From positions 87,110,001 through 87,174,000 of the forward strand of contig OZ024741.1 in assembly GCA_964016885.1 (NCBI GenBank): a stretch of 64,000 nt of DNA, in the 5' to 3' direction. Under the pieces are notes generated by a model that ran no database searches, was not told the origin of the DNA, and worked only from the letters and a program-made list of their open reading frames with translations. The position numbers were made by a program, and so were the translations under genes. Positions within the stretch are counted from its first letter, which is position 1; each line of letters starts with the position of its first letter. Source of the DNA: Eledone cirrhosa (taxonomy: Eukaryota). This document shows, piece after piece, positions 48,101 to 63,100 of the stretch.

Positions 48101-51100
48101 GTGTAGTGGTGGTGTAGTCTTGATGTAGTGGGGGTGTACTGGTTGTGTAGTGTTGATGTACTGGTGGTGTAGTGGTGGTGTAGTGCTGGTGTAGTGTTGA
48201 TGTACTGGTGGCGTAGTGTTGATGTACTGGTGGTGTAGTGGTGGTGTAGTGTGGATGTTCTGGAGGTGTAGTGGTGGTGTTACGGGTGGAGTATTGGTGG
48301 TGTACTGTTGATGTATTGGTGGTCTATTAGTGGTGTATTGCTGATGTACGGGTGGTGTATTGGTGGTGTATTGGTGGTGTACTGGTGGTGTATTGGTGGT
48401 GTATTGTTGATGTATTGGTGGTGTAGTGTCGATATACTCGTGGTGTGTTGGTGGTGTACTGGTCGTGTAGTGTTGATGTACTCGTGGTGTATTGGTGGGG
48501 TACTGCTGGTGTATTAGTGGTGTACTGGTGATTGGTGGTGTACTGGTGGTGTACTGGTGGTGTATTTTTGGTGTAGTGTTGATGTATTGGTGGTATATTA
48601 GTGGTGTATTGGTAATGTACTGGTGGTGTATTGGTGGTGTACTGATGGTGTATTGGTGGTATACTGGTGGTGTAGTGGTGGTGTATTAGTGGGGTAGTGG
48701 TGGTGTAGTGTTGATGTACTGGTGGTGTATTGATGGTGTACTGGTGGTGTATTGGTGGTGTACTGGTGGTGTACTGGTGGTGTACTGGTGGTGTATTGGT
48801 GGTGTATTGATGGTGTACTGGTGGTGTATTGGTGGAGTATTGGTGGTGTACTGGTGGTGGGTGGTGGTGTAGTGGTTGTATATTGGTGGTGTAGTGGTGG
48901 TGTATTGGTGGTTTATTGGTGGTATACTGGTGGTGTACTGGTGGTGTATTAGTGGTGTATTGGTGATGTAGTGTTGATGTACTGGTGGTGTAGTGTTGAT
49001 GTACTGGTAGTGTAGTGTTGATGTACTGGTGGTGTAGTGATCACGTAGTAGTGGTGTACTGGTGGTGTATTGGTAGTGTACTGGTCGTGTAGTGTTGATG
49101 TACTGGTGGTGTACTGGTGGTGTAGTGTTGATGTACTGGTGGTGTATTGGTGGTGTATTGGTGGTGTACTGGTGGTGTACTGGTGGTGTATTGGTGATGT
49201 ATTGGTGGTGTAGTGTTGATGTACTGGTGGTGTATTGTTGATGTACTGGTGGTGTAGTGTTGATGTACTGGTGGTGTATTGGTGGTGTACTGGTGGTTTA
49301 GTGGTAGTGTATTGGTGTTTTACTGGTGGTGTAGTGTTGATGTACTGGTGGTGTACTGGTGGTGTATTGGTGGTGTAGTGTTGATGTACTGGTGGTGTAG
49401 TGGTGGTGTAGTGGTGGTGTAGTGTTGATGTAGTGGTGGTGTACTGGTTGTGTAGTGTTGATGTACTGGTGGTGTAGTGGTGGCGTAGTGCTGGTGTAGT
49501 GTTGATGTACTGGTGGCGTAGTGTTGATGTACTGGTGGTGTAGTGGTGGTGTAGTGTGGATGTTATGGAGGTGTAGTGGTGGTGTAGTGGTGGTGTATTG
49601 GTGGTGTTACGGGTGGAGTATTGGTGGTGTACTGTTGATGTATTGGTGGTCTATTAGTGGTGTATTGCTGATGTACGGGTGGTGTATTGGTGGTGTATTG
49701 GTGGTGTACTGGTGGTGTATTGGTGGTGTATTGTTGATGTATTGGTGGTGTAGTGTCGATATACTCGTGGTGTGTTGGTGGTGTACTGGTGCTGTAGTGT
49801 TGATGAACTGGTGGTGTATTGGTGGTGTACGAGTGGTGTAGTGTTCATGTACAGGTGGTGTATTGGTGGTGTACTGGAGGTGTAGTGGTGGTGTAGTGGT
49901 GATGTAGTGTTGATGTACTGGTGGTGTAGTGGTGGTGTAGTGGTGGTGTAGTGGTGCTGTAGTGTTGATGTACTGGTGGTGTACTGGTGGTGTATTGGTG
50001 GTGCAGTGTTGATGTACTGGTGGTGTATTGGTGGTGTACTGGTGGTGTATTGGTGGTGTAGTGGTGATGTATTGGTGGTGTAGTGGTGGTGTAGTGGTGG
50101 TGTAGTGTTGATGTAGTGGTGGTGTACTGGTAGTGTAGTGGTGGTGTAGTTGTGGTGTACTGTTGATGTACTGGTGGTCTATTAGTGGTGTATTGGTGGT
50201 GTATTGGTGGTGTACTTGTGGTTTATTTGTGGTGTACTGGTGGTGTATTGGTGGTGTATTGGTTGCGTAGTGTTGATGTATTGGTTGTGTAGTGTCGATA
50301 TACTCGTGGTGTTTTGGTGGTGTACTGGTGGTGTAGTGTTGATGTACTGGTGCTGTATTAGTGGTGTACTGGTGGTGCATTGGTGGTGTACTAGTGGTGT
50401 ATTGGTGGTGTACTGGTGGTGTAATGGTCGTGTACTGGTGGTGTATTGATGGTGTACTGGTGGTGTATTGGTGGGGTAGTGGTTGTGTAGAGGTGGTGTA
50501 GTGTTTATGTACTGGTGGTGTAGTGGTGGTGTAGTGTTGATGTACTGGTGGTGTAATCATGGTGTACTGGTGATGTATTGGTGGTGTACTGCTGGTGTAC
50601 TGGTGGTGTACTGGTGGTGTATTGGTGGTGTATTGGTGGTGTACTGGTGGTTTATTGGTGGTGTAGTATTGATGTACTGGTGGTGTACTGGTGGTGTATT
50701 GGTGGTGTAGTATTGATGTACTTGTGGTGTAGTGGTGGTGTACTGGTGGTGTAGTGTTGATGTACTGGTGGTGTAGATGTGGTGTATTGGTGGTGTATTG
50801 GTGGTGTAGTGTTGATGTACTGGTGGTGTAGTGTTGATGTACTGGTGGTGTAGTGGTGGTTGTAGTGGTGGTGTACTGGTGGTGTATTGGTGGTGTACTG
50901 GTGGTGTAGTGTTGATGTACTGATGATGTATTGGTAGTGTACTGGTGTTGTAGTGTTGATGTACTGGTGGCGTATTGGTGGTGTACTGGTGGTGTAGTTG
51001 TGGTGTATTGGTGGTATACTGGTGGTGTAGTGTTGATGTATTGGTGATGTAGTGTTGATGTACTGGTGGTGTACTGGTGGTGTATTGGTGGTGTACTGGT

Positions 51101-54100
51101 GGTGTAGTAGTGGTGTATTGGTAGTATACTGGTGGTGTAGTGTTGATGTACTGGTGGTGTAGTCGTGGTGTAGTGTTGATGTACTGGTGGTGTAGTGTTG
51201 ATGTACTGGTGGTGTACTGGTGGCGTAGTGTTGATGTACTGGTGGTGTACTGGTGGTGTATTGGTGGTGTACTGGTGGTGTATTGGTGGTGCACAGGTGG
51301 TGTATTGGTGGTGTAGTGTTGATGTACTGGTGGTGTATTGGTCGTGTAGTGTTGATATACTGGTGGTGTAGTGTTGATGTACTGGTGGTGTACTGTTAAT
51401 GTACTGGTGGTCTATTAGTGGTGGTGTAGTGGTGGTGTAGTAGTGGTATAGTGTTGATGTACTGGTGGTGTATTGGTGGTGTAGTGTTTATGTACTGGTG
51501 GTGTAGTCGTCGTGTAGTAGTGGTGTACTGGTGGTGTATTGGTTGTGTACTGGTGGTGTAGTGTTCATGTACTGGTGGTGTATTAGTGGGGTAATTGTGG
51601 TGTAGTGGTGGTGTTCTGGTGGTGTATTGGTGATGCACTGGTGGTGTAGTGTTGATGTACTGGTGGTGTAGTGTTGATGTACTGGTGGTGTAGTGGTGGT
51701 GTAGTGTTGATGTACTGATGGTGTATTGTTGGTGTAGTGTTGATATACTTGTGGAGTACTGGTGGTGTAGTGTTGATGTACTGGTGGTGTAATGTTGGTG
51801 TAGTGCTGATGTACTGGTGGTGTAGTGGTGGTGTACTGGTGGTGTATTGGTGGTGTAGTGTTGATGTACTGGTGGTGTATTGTTGATGTACTGGTGGTGT
51901 AGTGGTGGTGTAGTGGTGGTGTAGTGGTGGTGTAGTGTTGATGTAGTGGTGATGTACTGGTAGTGTAGTGTTGATGTACTGCTGGTGTAGTAGTGGTGTA
52001 GTGTTGATGTACTGGTGGTTTAGTAGTGGTGTAGTGTTGATGTACTGGTGGCGTAGTGTTGATGTACTGGTTGTGTAGTGGTGGTTTACTGGTGCTGTAT
52101 TGGTGGTGTACTGGTGCTGTAGTGTTGATGAACTGGTGGTGTATTGGTGGTGTACGGGTGGTGTAGTGTTCATGTACAGGCGGTGTATTGGTGGTGTACT
52201 GGTGGTGTAGTGGTGGTGTAGTGATGATGTAGTGTTGATGTACTGGTGCTGTAGTGGTGGTGTAGTGGTGGTGTAGTGGTGCTGTAGTGTTGATGTACTG
52301 GTGGTGAACTGGTGGTGTATTGGTGGTGCAGTGTTGATGTACTTGTGGTGTATTGGTGGTGTAATGGTGGTGTATTGGTGGTGTAGTTTTGATGTATTTG
52401 TGGTGTATTGGTGGTGTACTGGTGGTGTATTGGTGGTGTAGTTTTGATGTATTTGTGGTGTAGTGGTGGTGTAGTGGTGGTGCAGTGTTGATGTAGTGTT
52501 GGTGTACTGGTAGTGTAGTTGTGGTGTAGTGGTGGTGTACTGGTGGTGTATTGGTGGTGTATTGGTGGTGTACTGGTGGTTTATTTGTGGTGTATTGGTG
52601 GTGTACTGGTGGTGTATTGGTGGTGTACTTGTGGTGTACTGGTGGTTGTACTAGTGGTGTATTGGTGCTGTACTGGTGGTGTACTGGTGGTGTACTGGTG
52701 GTGCATTGGTGGTGTACTTGTGGTGTATTGGTGGTGTACTTGTGGTGTACTGGTCGTGTACTGGTGGTCTATTGGTGGTGTATTGGTGATGTATTGGTGA
52801 TGTACTGGTGGTGTATTGGTGGTGTACTGGTGGTGTATTGGTGGGGTAGTGGTGGTGTAGTGGTGGTGTAGTGTTTATGTACTGGTGGTGTAGTGGTGGT
52901 GTAGTGTTGATGTACTGGTGGTGTAATCATGGGTACTGGTGATGTATTGGTGGTGTACTGCTGGTGTACTGGTGGTGTACTTGTGGTGTATTGGTGGTGT
53001 ATTGGTGGTGTACTGATGGTGTACTGGTGGTGTATTGGTGGTGTATTGGTGGTGTAGTGTTGATGTACTTGTGGTGTAGGGTGGTGTACTGGTGGTGTAG
53101 TGTTGATGTACTGGTGGTGTAGTGTTGGTGTAGTGTTGATGTACTGGTGGTGTAGTGGTGGTGTACTGGTGGTGTATTGGTGGTGTAGTGTTGATGTACT
53201 GGTGGTGTATTGTTGATGTACTGGTGGTGTAGTGGTGGTGTAGTGGTGGTGTAGTGGTGGTGTAGTGTTGATGTACTGGTGGTGTAGTAGTGGTGTAGTG
53301 TTGATGTACTGGTGGCATAGTGTTGATGTACTGGTTGTGTAGTGGTGGTTTACTGGTGCTGTATTGGTGGTGTACTGGTGCTGTAGTGTTGATCAACTGG
53401 TGGTGTATTGGTGGTATACGGGTGGTGTAGTGTTCATGTACAGGCGGTGTATTGGTGGTGTACTGGTGGTGTAGTGGTGGTGTAGTGGTGATGTAGTGTT
53501 GATGTACTGGTGCTGTAGTGGTGGTGTAGTGGTGGTGTAGTGGTGCTGTAGTGTTGATGTACTGGTGGTGAACTGGTGGTGTATTGGTGGTGCAGTGTTG
53601 ATGTACTTGTGGTGTATTGGTGGTGTACTGGTGGTGTATTGGTGGTGTAGTGTTGATGTATTTGTGGTGTAGTGGTGGTGTAGTGGTGGTGCAGTGTTGA
53701 TGTAGTGTTGGTGTACTGGTAGTGTAGTTGTGGTGTAGTGGTGGTGTACTGGTGGTGTATTGGTGGTGTATTGGTGGTGTACTGGTGGTTTATTTGTGGT
53801 GTATTGGTGGTGTACTGGTGGTGTATTGGTGGTGTACTTGTGGTGTACTGGTGGTGTACTAGTGGTGTATTGGTGCTGTACTGGTGGTGTACTGGTGGTG
53901 TACTGGTGGTGCATTGGTGGTGTACTTGTGGTGCATTGGTGGTGTACTTGTGGTGTATTGGTGGTGTACTGGTCGTGTACTGGTGGTCTATTGGTGGTGT
54001 ATTGGTGATGTATTGGTGATGTACTGGTGGTGTATTGGTGGTGTACTGGTGGTGTATTTGTGGGGAAGTGGTGGTGTAGTGGTGGTGTAGTGTTTATGTA

Positions 54101-57100
54101 CTGGTGGTGTAGTGGTGGTCTAGTGTTGATGTACTGGTGGTGTAATCATGGGTACTGGTGATGTATTGGTGGTGTACTGCTGGTGTACTGGTGGTGTACT
54201 TGTGGTGTATTGGTGGTGTATTGGTGGTGTACTGGTGGTGTACTGGTGGTGTATTGGTGCTGTATTGGTGGTGTAGTGTTGATGTACTTGTGGTGTAGGG
54301 TGGTGTACTGATGGTGTAGTGTTGATGTACTGGTGGTGAAGTGGTGGTGTAGAGGTGGTGTATTGGTGGTGTATTGGTGGTGTAGTGTTGATGTACTGGT
54401 GGTGTAGTGTTGATGTACTGGTGGTGTAGTGGTGGTTGTATTGGTGGTGTACTGGTGGTGTATTGGTGGTGTACTGGTGGTGTAGTGTTGATGTACTGAT
54501 GATTTATTGGTGGTGTACTGGTGGTGTAGTGTTGATGTACTGGTGGTGTATTGGTGGTGTACTGGTGGTGTAGTAGTGGTGTATTGGTGGTATACTGGTG
54601 GTGTAGTGTTGATGTACTGGTGGTGTAGTCGTGGCGTATTGTTGATGTACTGGTGGTGTGTACTAGTGATGGTTTACTGGTGCTGTATTGGTGGTGTACT
54701 GGTGCTGTAGTGTTGATGTACTGGTGGTGTATTGGTGGTGTACGGGTGGTGTAGTGTTCATGTACAGGTGGTGTATTGGTGGTGTACTGGTGGTGTATTG
54801 CTGGTGTAGTGGTGCTGTACTGTGGTGTATCAATGGTGTATTGGTGGTGTAGTGTTGATGTACTGGTGGTGTATTGGTGGTGTACTGGTGGAGTATTGCT
54901 GGTGTACTGGTGGTGTACTGGTGGTGTAGTGGTGGTGTATTGGTTGTGCATTGGTGGTGTACTGGTGGTGTGCTGTTGGTCTAGTGGTGGTGTAGTTGTG
55001 GTGTATTGGTGGTGTATTTGTGGTGTATTGGTGGTGTAGTGTTGATGTACTAGTGGTGTATTGGTGGTGTATTGGTGGTGTACTGGTGGTGTATTGGTGG
55101 TGTAGTGTTGATGTACTTGTGGTGTAGTGGTGGGGTAGAGGTGGTGTATTGGTGGTGTATTGGTGGTGTATTGGTGGTGTATTGGTGGTGTAGTGTTGAA
55201 GTACTTGTGGTGTAGTGTTGATGTACTGGTGGTGTAGTGGTGGTTGTAGTGGTGCTGTACTGGTGCTGTATTGGTGGTGTACTGGTGATGTAGTGTTGAT
55301 GTACTAATGATGTATTGGTGATGTAGTGTTGATGTACTGGTGGTGTAGTGCTGGTGTAGTGGTGGTGTAGTGGTGGTGTAGTGTTGATGTAGTGGTGGTG
55401 TACTGGTAGTGTAGTGTTGATGTACTGGTGGTGTAGTGGTGGTGTAGTGTTGATGTACTGGTGGCGTAGTGTTGATGTACTGGTGGTGTAGTGTTGGGGT
55501 AGTGTTGATGTTCTGGAGGTGTAGTGGTGCTGTAGTAGTAGTGTTACGGGTGGATTATTGGTGGTGTACTGGTGGTTCAATGGTGGTGTATTGGTGGTAT
55601 ATTGGTGTTGTATTGTTGGTGTATTGGTGGGATAGTGGTGGTGTATTGGTGGTGTAGTGTTGATCTACTGGTGATGTACAGGTGGTGTATTGGTGGTGTA
55701 CTGGTGGTGTATTGGTGGAGTATTGGTGGTGTACTGGTGGTAGTGGTGGTGTAGTGTTGATGTACTTGTAGTGTATTGGTGGTGTACTGGTGGTTTATTG
55801 GTGGTGTACTGGTGGTGTACTGGTGGTGTACTGGTGGTGTATTGGTGGTGTATCGGCGCAATATTGGTGGTGTATTGGTGGTCTTGCGTTGATGTATTGG
55901 TGGTGTATTGGTGATGTACTGGTGGTGTATTGGTGGTTTATTGGAGGTGTACTGGTGGTGTATATGTGGAGTATTGGTGGTGTACTGGTGGTGTAGTGGT
56001 GGTGTACTGGTGGTGTATTGGTGGTGTACTGGTGGTGTATTGGTGGTGTACTCGTGATGTATTGGTGGTGTTTTAGTGGTGTATTCGTTGCGTATTGGTG
56101 GTGTATTGATGGGGTATTGGTGATGTAGTGTTGATGCACTGGTGGTGTAGTGTTGATGTACTGGTGGTGTACTGGTGGTGTATTGGCGGTGTAGTGGTGG
56201 TGAACTTGTGGTGTAGTGTTGATGTACTGATGGTGTAGTGGTGGTGTACTGGTGCTCTATTGGTGGTGTACTGGTGGTGTATTGGTGGTGTACGAGTGGT
56301 GTAGTGTTCATGTACAGGTGGTGTATTGGTGGTGTACTGGAGGTGTAGTGGTGGTGTAGTGGTGATGTAGTGTTGATGTACTGGTGCTGTAGTGGTGGTG
56401 TAGTGGTGGTGTAGTGGTGCTGTAGTGTTGATGTACTGGTCGTGTACTGGTGGTGTATTGGTGGTGCACTGGTGGTGTATTGGTGGTGTAGTGTTGATGT
56501 ATTGGTGGTGTATTGGTCGTGTAGTGTTGATATACTGGTGGTGTAGTGTTGATGTACTGGTGGTGTAGTCGTGGTGTAGTGTTGATGTACTGGTGGTGTA
56601 GTGTTGATGTACTGGTGGTGTACTGGTGGCGTAGTGTTGATGTACTGGTGGTGTACTGGTCGTGTATTGGTGGTGTACTGGTGGTGTATTGGTGGTGCAT
56701 AGGTGGTGTATTGGTGGTGTAGTGTTGATGTACTGGTGGTGTATTGGTCGTGTAGTGTTGATATACTGGTGGTGTAGTGTTGATGTACTGGTGGTGTACT
56801 GTTGATGTACTGGTGGTCTATTAGTGGTGTATTGGTTGTGTACTCGTGATGTATTGGTGGTGTTTTAGTGGTGTATTAGTTGCGTATTGGTGGTGTATTG
56901 ATGGGGTATTGGTGATGTAGTGTTGATGCACTGGTGGTGTAGTGTTGATGTACTGGTGGTGTACTGGTGGTGTATTGGCGGTGTATTGGTGGTGTACTGA
57001 TGGTGTATTAATGGTGTACTGGTGCTGTAGTGGCGATGTAGTGGAGGTGTAGTGGTGCTGTAATTTTGATGTACTGGTGGTGTACTGGTGGCATATTGGT

Positions 57101-60100
57101 GGTGCAGTGTTGATGTACTGGTGGTGCAGTGGTGGTGTAGTGGTGGTGTAGTAGTGGTATAGTGTTGATGTACTGGTGGTGTATTGGTGGTGTAGTGTTT
57201 ATGTACTGGTGGTGTAGTGGTGGTGTAGTGTTGATGTACTGGTGGTGTAATCATGGGTACTGGTGATGTATTGGTGGTGTACTGCTGGTGTACTGGTGGT
57301 GTACTTGTGGTGTATTGGTGGTGTATTGGTGGTGTACTGGTGGTGTACTGGTGGTGTATTGGTGCTGTATTGGTGGTGTAGTGTTGATGTACTTGTGGTG
57401 TAGTGTTGATGTACTGGTGGTGTAGTGTTGATGTACTGGTGGTGTAGTGGTGGTGTACTGGTGGTGTATTGGTGGTGTAGTGTTGATGTACTGGTGGTGT
57501 ATTGTTGATGTACTGGTGGTGTAGTGGTGGTGTAGTGGTGGTGTAGTGGTGGTGTAGTGGTGGTGTAGTATTGATGTAGTGGTGATGTACTGGTAGTGTA
57601 GTGTTGATGTACTGCTGGTGTAGTAGTGGTGTAGTGTTGATGTACTGGTGGTTTAGTAGTGGTGTAGTGTTGATGTACTGGTGGCGTAGTGTTGATGTAC
57701 TGGTTGTGTAGTGGTGGTTTACTGGTGCTGTATTGGTGGTGTACTGGTGCTGTAGTGTTGATGAACTGGTGGTGTATTGGTGGTGTACGGGTGGTGTATT
57801 GTTCATGTACAGGCGGTGTATTGGTGGTGTACTGGTGGTGTAGTGGTGGTGTAGTGGTGATGTAGTGTTGATGTACTGGTGCTGTAGTGGTGGTGTAGTG
57901 GTGGTGTAGTGGTGCTGTAGTGTTGATGTACTGGTGGTGAACTGGTGGTGTATTGGTGGTGCAGTGTTGATGTACTTGTGGTGTATTGGTGGTGTACTGG
58001 TGGTGTATTGGTGGTGTAGTTTTGATGTATTTGTGGTGTAGTGGTGGTGTAGTGGTGGTGCAGTGTTGATGTAGTGTTGGTGTACTGGTAGTGTAGTTGT
58101 GGTGTAGTGGTGGTGTACTGGTGGTGTATTGGTGGTGTATTGGTGGTGTACTGGTGGTTTATTTGTGGTGTATTGGTGGTGTACTGGTGGTGTATTGGTG
58201 GTGTACTTGTGGTGTACTGGTGGTTGTACTAATGGTGTATTGGTGCTGGACTGGTGGTGTACTGGTGGTGTACTGGTGGTGCATTGGTGGTGTACTTGTG
58301 GTGTATTGGTGGTGTACTTGTGGTGTACTGGTCGTGTACTGGTGGTCTATTGGTGGTGTATTGGTGATGTATTGGTGATGTACTGGTGGTGTATTGGTGG
58401 TGTACTGGTGGTGTATTGGTGGGGTAGTGGTGGTGTATTGGTGGTGTACTCGTGATGTATTGGTGGTGTTTTAGTGGTGTATTCGTTGCGTATTGGTGGT
58501 GTATTGATGGGGTATTGGTGATGTAGTGTTGATGCACTGGTGGTGTAGTGTTGATGTACTGGTGGTGTACTGGTGGTGTATTGGCGGTGTAGTGGTGGTG
58601 AACTTGTGGTGTAGTGTTGATGTACTGATGGTGTAGTGGTGGTGTACTGGTGCTCTATTGGTGGTGTACTGGTGGTGTATTGGTGGTGTACTGGAGGTGT
58701 AGTGGTGGTGTAGTGGTGATGTAGTGTTGATGTACTGGTGCTGTAGTGGTGGTGTAGTGGTGGTGTAGTGGTGCTGTAGTGTTGATGTACTGGTCGTGTA
58801 CTGGTGGTGTATTGGTGGTGCAGTGTTGATGTACTGGTGGTGTATTGGTGGTGTACTGGTTGTGTATTGGTGGTGTAGTGTTGATGTATTGGTGGTGTAG
58901 TGGTGGTGTAGTGGTGGTGTAGTGTTGATGTAGTGGTGGTGTACTGGTAGTGTAGTGGTGGTGTAGTGGTGGTGTACTGTTGATGTACTGGTGGTCTATT
59001 AGTGGTGTATTGGTGATGTATTGGTGGTGTATTGGTGGTCTATTGGTGGTGTACTTGTGCTTTATTTCTGGTGTACTGGTGGTGTATTGGTGGTGTATTG
59101 TTTGTGTAGTGTTGATGTATTGGTTGTGTAGTGTCGATATACTCGTGGTGTGTTGGTGGTGTACTGGTGGTGTAGTGTTGATGTACTGGTGGTGTATTGT
59201 TGATGTACTGGTGGTGTAGTGGTGGTGTAGTGGTGGTGTAGTGGTGGTGTAGTGTTGATGTAGTGGTGATGTACTGGTAGTGTAGTGTTGATGTACTGGT
59301 GGTGTAGTAGTGGTGTAGTGTTGATGTACTGGTGGCGTAGTGTTGATGTACTGGTGGTGTAGTGGTGGTGTAGTGTTGATGTACTGGTGGCGTAGTGTTG
59401 ATGTACTGGTGGTGTAATGGTGATGTACTGGTGCTGTATTGATGGTGTACTGGTGGTGTAATGGTGATGTACTGGTGCTGTATTGATGGTGTACTGGTGC
59501 TGTAGTGTTGATGAACTGGTGGTGTATTGGTGGTGTACGGGTGGTGTAGTGTTCATGTACAGGTGGTGTATTGGTGGTGTACTGGTGGTGTAGTGGTGGT
59601 GTAGTGGTGATGTAGTGTTGATGTACTGTTGCTGTAGTGGTGGTGTAGTGGTGGTGTAGTGGTGCTGTAGTGTTGATGTACTGGTGGTGTACTGGTGGTG
59701 TATTGGTGCTGTAGTGTTGATGTATTGGTGGTGTAGTGGTGGTGTAGTGGTGGTGCAGTGTTGATGTAGTGGTGGTGTACTGGTAGTGTAGTTGTGGTTT
59801 AGTGGTGGTGTACTGGTGGTGTATTGGTGGTGTATTGCTGGTGTACTGGTGGTTTATTTGTGGTATACTGGTGGTGTATTGGTGGTGTATTGGTTGCGTA
59901 GTGTTGATGTATTGGTTGTGTAGTGTCGATATACTCGTGGTGTATTGGTGGTGTACTGGTGGTGTATTGGTGGTGTACTTGTGGTGTACTGGTGGTGTAC
60001 TAGTGGTGTATTGGTGCTGTACTGTTGGTGTACTGGTGGTGTACTGGTGGTGCATTGGTGGTGTACTAGTGGTGTATTGGTGGTGTACTGGTGGTGTACT

Positions 60101-63100
60101 GGTCGTGTACTGGTGGTGTATTGGTGGTGTATTGGTGATGTATTGGTGATGTACTGGTGGTGTATTGGTGGTGTACTGGTGGTGTATTGGTGGGGCAGTG
60201 GTGGTGTAGTGGTGGTGTAGTGTTTATGTACTGGTGGTGTAGTGGTGGTGTAGTGTTGATGTACTGGTGGTGTAATCATGGGTACTGGTGATGTATTGGT
60301 GGTGTACTGCTGGTGTACTGGTGGTGTACTGGTGGTGTATTGGTGGTGTATTGGTGGTGTACTGGTGGTGTACTGGTGGTGTATTGGTGGTGTATTGGTG
60401 GTGTAGTGTTGATGTACTGGTGCTGTATTGGTGATGTACTGGTGGAGTACTGCTGGTGTACTGGTGGTGTACAGGTGGTGTAGTGGTGGTGTATTGGTGG
60501 GGTAGAGGTGGTGTATTGGTGGTGTATTTGTGGTGTAGTGTTGAAGTACTTGTGGTGTAGTGTTGATGTACTGGTGGTGTAGTGGTGGTTGTAGTGGTGC
60601 TGTACTGGTGGTGTATTGGTGGTGTACTGGTGATGTAGTGTTGATGTACTGATGATGTATTGGTGATGTAGTGTTGATGTACTGGTGGTGTAGTGGTGGT
60701 GTAGTGGTGGTGTAGTGGTGGTGTAGTGGTGGTGTACTGGTAGTGTAGTGTTGATGTACTGGTGGTGTAGTGGTGGTGTAGTGTTGATGTACTGGTGGCG
60801 TAGTGTTGATGTACTGGTGGTGTAGTGGTGGTGTAGTGTTGATGTTCTGGAGGTGTAGTGGTGCTGTAGTAGTAGTGTTACGGGTGGATTATTGGTGGTG
60901 TACTGGTGGTTCAATGGTGGTGTATTGGTGGTATATTGGTGTTGTATTGTTGGTGTATTGGTGGTGTAGTGTTGATCTACTGGTGATGTACTGGTGGTGT
61001 ATTGGTGGTGTACTGGTGGTGTATTGGTGGAGTATTGGTGGTGTACTGGTGGTAGTTGTGGTGTAGTTTTGATGTACTGGTAGTGTATTCGTGGTGTACT
61101 GGTGGTGTATTGGTGGTGTACGAGTGGTGTACTGGTGGTGTACTGGTGGTGTATTGGTGGTGTATCGGTGCAATACTGGTGGTGTATTGGTGGTCTAGTG
61201 TTGATGTATTGGTGGTGTATTGGTGATGTACTGGTGGTGTATTGGTGGTTTATTGGAGGTGTACTGGTGGTGTATTTTTGGAGTATTGGTGGTGTACTGG
61301 TGGTGTAGTGGTGGTGTGCTGGTGGTGTATTGGTGGTGTACTGGTGGTGTATTTGTGGTGTAGTGGTTCTATTTTGATGGTGTATTGGTGGTGTACTGGT
61401 GGTGTATTGGTGGTGTACTCGTGATGTATTGGTGGTGTTTTAGTGGTGTATTGGTTGCGTATTGGTGGTGTATTGATGGGGTATTGGTGATGTAGTGTTG
61501 ATGCACTGGTGGTGTAGTGTTGATGTACTGGTGGTGTACTGGTGGTGTATTGGCGGTGTAATGGTGGTGAACTGGTGGTGTAGTGTTGATGTACTGGTGG
61601 TGTAGTGGTGGTGTACTGGTGCTGTATTGGTGGTGTACTGGTGCTGTAGTGTTGATGAACTAGTGGTGTATTGGTGGTGTAAAGGGTGGTGTAGTGTTCA
61701 TGTACAGGTGGTGTATTGGTGGTGTACTGGTGGTGTAGTGGTGGTGTAGTGGTGATGTAGTGTTGATGTACTGGTGCTGTAGTGGTGGTGTAGTGGTGGT
61801 GTAGTGGTGATGTAGTGTTGATGTACTGGTGGTGTACTGGTGGTGTATTGGTGGTGCAGTGTTGATGTACTTGTGGTGTATTGGTGGTGTACTGTTGGTG
61901 TATTGGTGGTGTAGTGTTGATGTATTGGTGGTGTAGTGGTGGTGTAGTGGTGGTGCAGTGTTGATGTAGTGGTGGTGTACTGGTAGTGTAGTGGTGGTGT
62001 AGTGGTGGTGTACTGGTGGTGTTTTGGTGGTGTATTGGTGGTGTAGTGTTGATGTATTGGTTGTGTAGTGTCGATATACTCGTGGTGTGTTGGTGGTGTA
62101 CTGGTGGTGTAGTGTTGATGTACTGGTGGTGTATTGGTGGTGTACTGGTCGTGTATTGGTGGTGTACTTGTGGTGTACTGGTGGTGTACTAGTGGTGTAT
62201 TGGTGGTGTACTGGTGGTGTACTGGTGGTGTACTGGTGGTGCATTGGTGGTGTACTAGTGGTGTATTAGTGGTGTAATGGTGGTGTATTGGTGGTGTATT
62301 TGCGGCGTATTGGTGGTGTACTGGTGGTATATTGGTGGTGTACTGGTGGCGTATTGGTAGGGTAATGGTGGTGTAGTAGTGGTGTAGTGTTTATGTACTG
62401 GTGGTGTAGTGGTGGTGTAGTGTGGATGTACTGGTGGTGTAATAATGGTGTACTGGTGATGTATTGGTGGTGTACTGCTGGTGTACTGGTGGTGTACTGG
62501 TGGTGTAGTGGTGGTGTATTGGTGGTGTACTGGTGGTGTATTGGTGGTGTAGTATTGATGTACTGGTGGTGTGCTGGTGGTGTAGTGTTGATGTACTGGT
62601 GGTGTAGTGTTGATGTATTGGTGGTGTACTGGTGGTGTATTGGTGGTGTAGTGTTGATGTACTGGTGGTGTAGTGGTGGTGAACTGGTGCTGTAGTGTTT
62701 ATGTACTGGTGGTGTAGTGGTGGTGTAATGGTGGTGTAATGGTGGTGTAGTGTTGATGTACTGGTGGTGTACTGGAGGTGTATTGGTGGTGTAATGGTGG
62801 TGTAGTGTTGATGTACTGGTGGGGTACTGGTGGTATATTGGTGATGTAGTGTTGATCTACTGGTGGTGTAGTGTTGATGTACTGGTGGTGTAATGGTGGA
62901 GTATTGGTGGTGTACTGGTGTTAGTGCTGGTGTAGTGTTGATGTACTGGTGGTGTAGTGGTGGTGTAATGGTGGTGTATTGGTGCTGTAGTGTTGATGTA
63001 CTGGTTGTATATTGGTGATGTAGTGTTGATGTACTTGTGGTGTAGTGTTGATGTACTGGTGGTGTATTGGTGGAGTATTGGTGGTGTACTGGTGGTAGTG

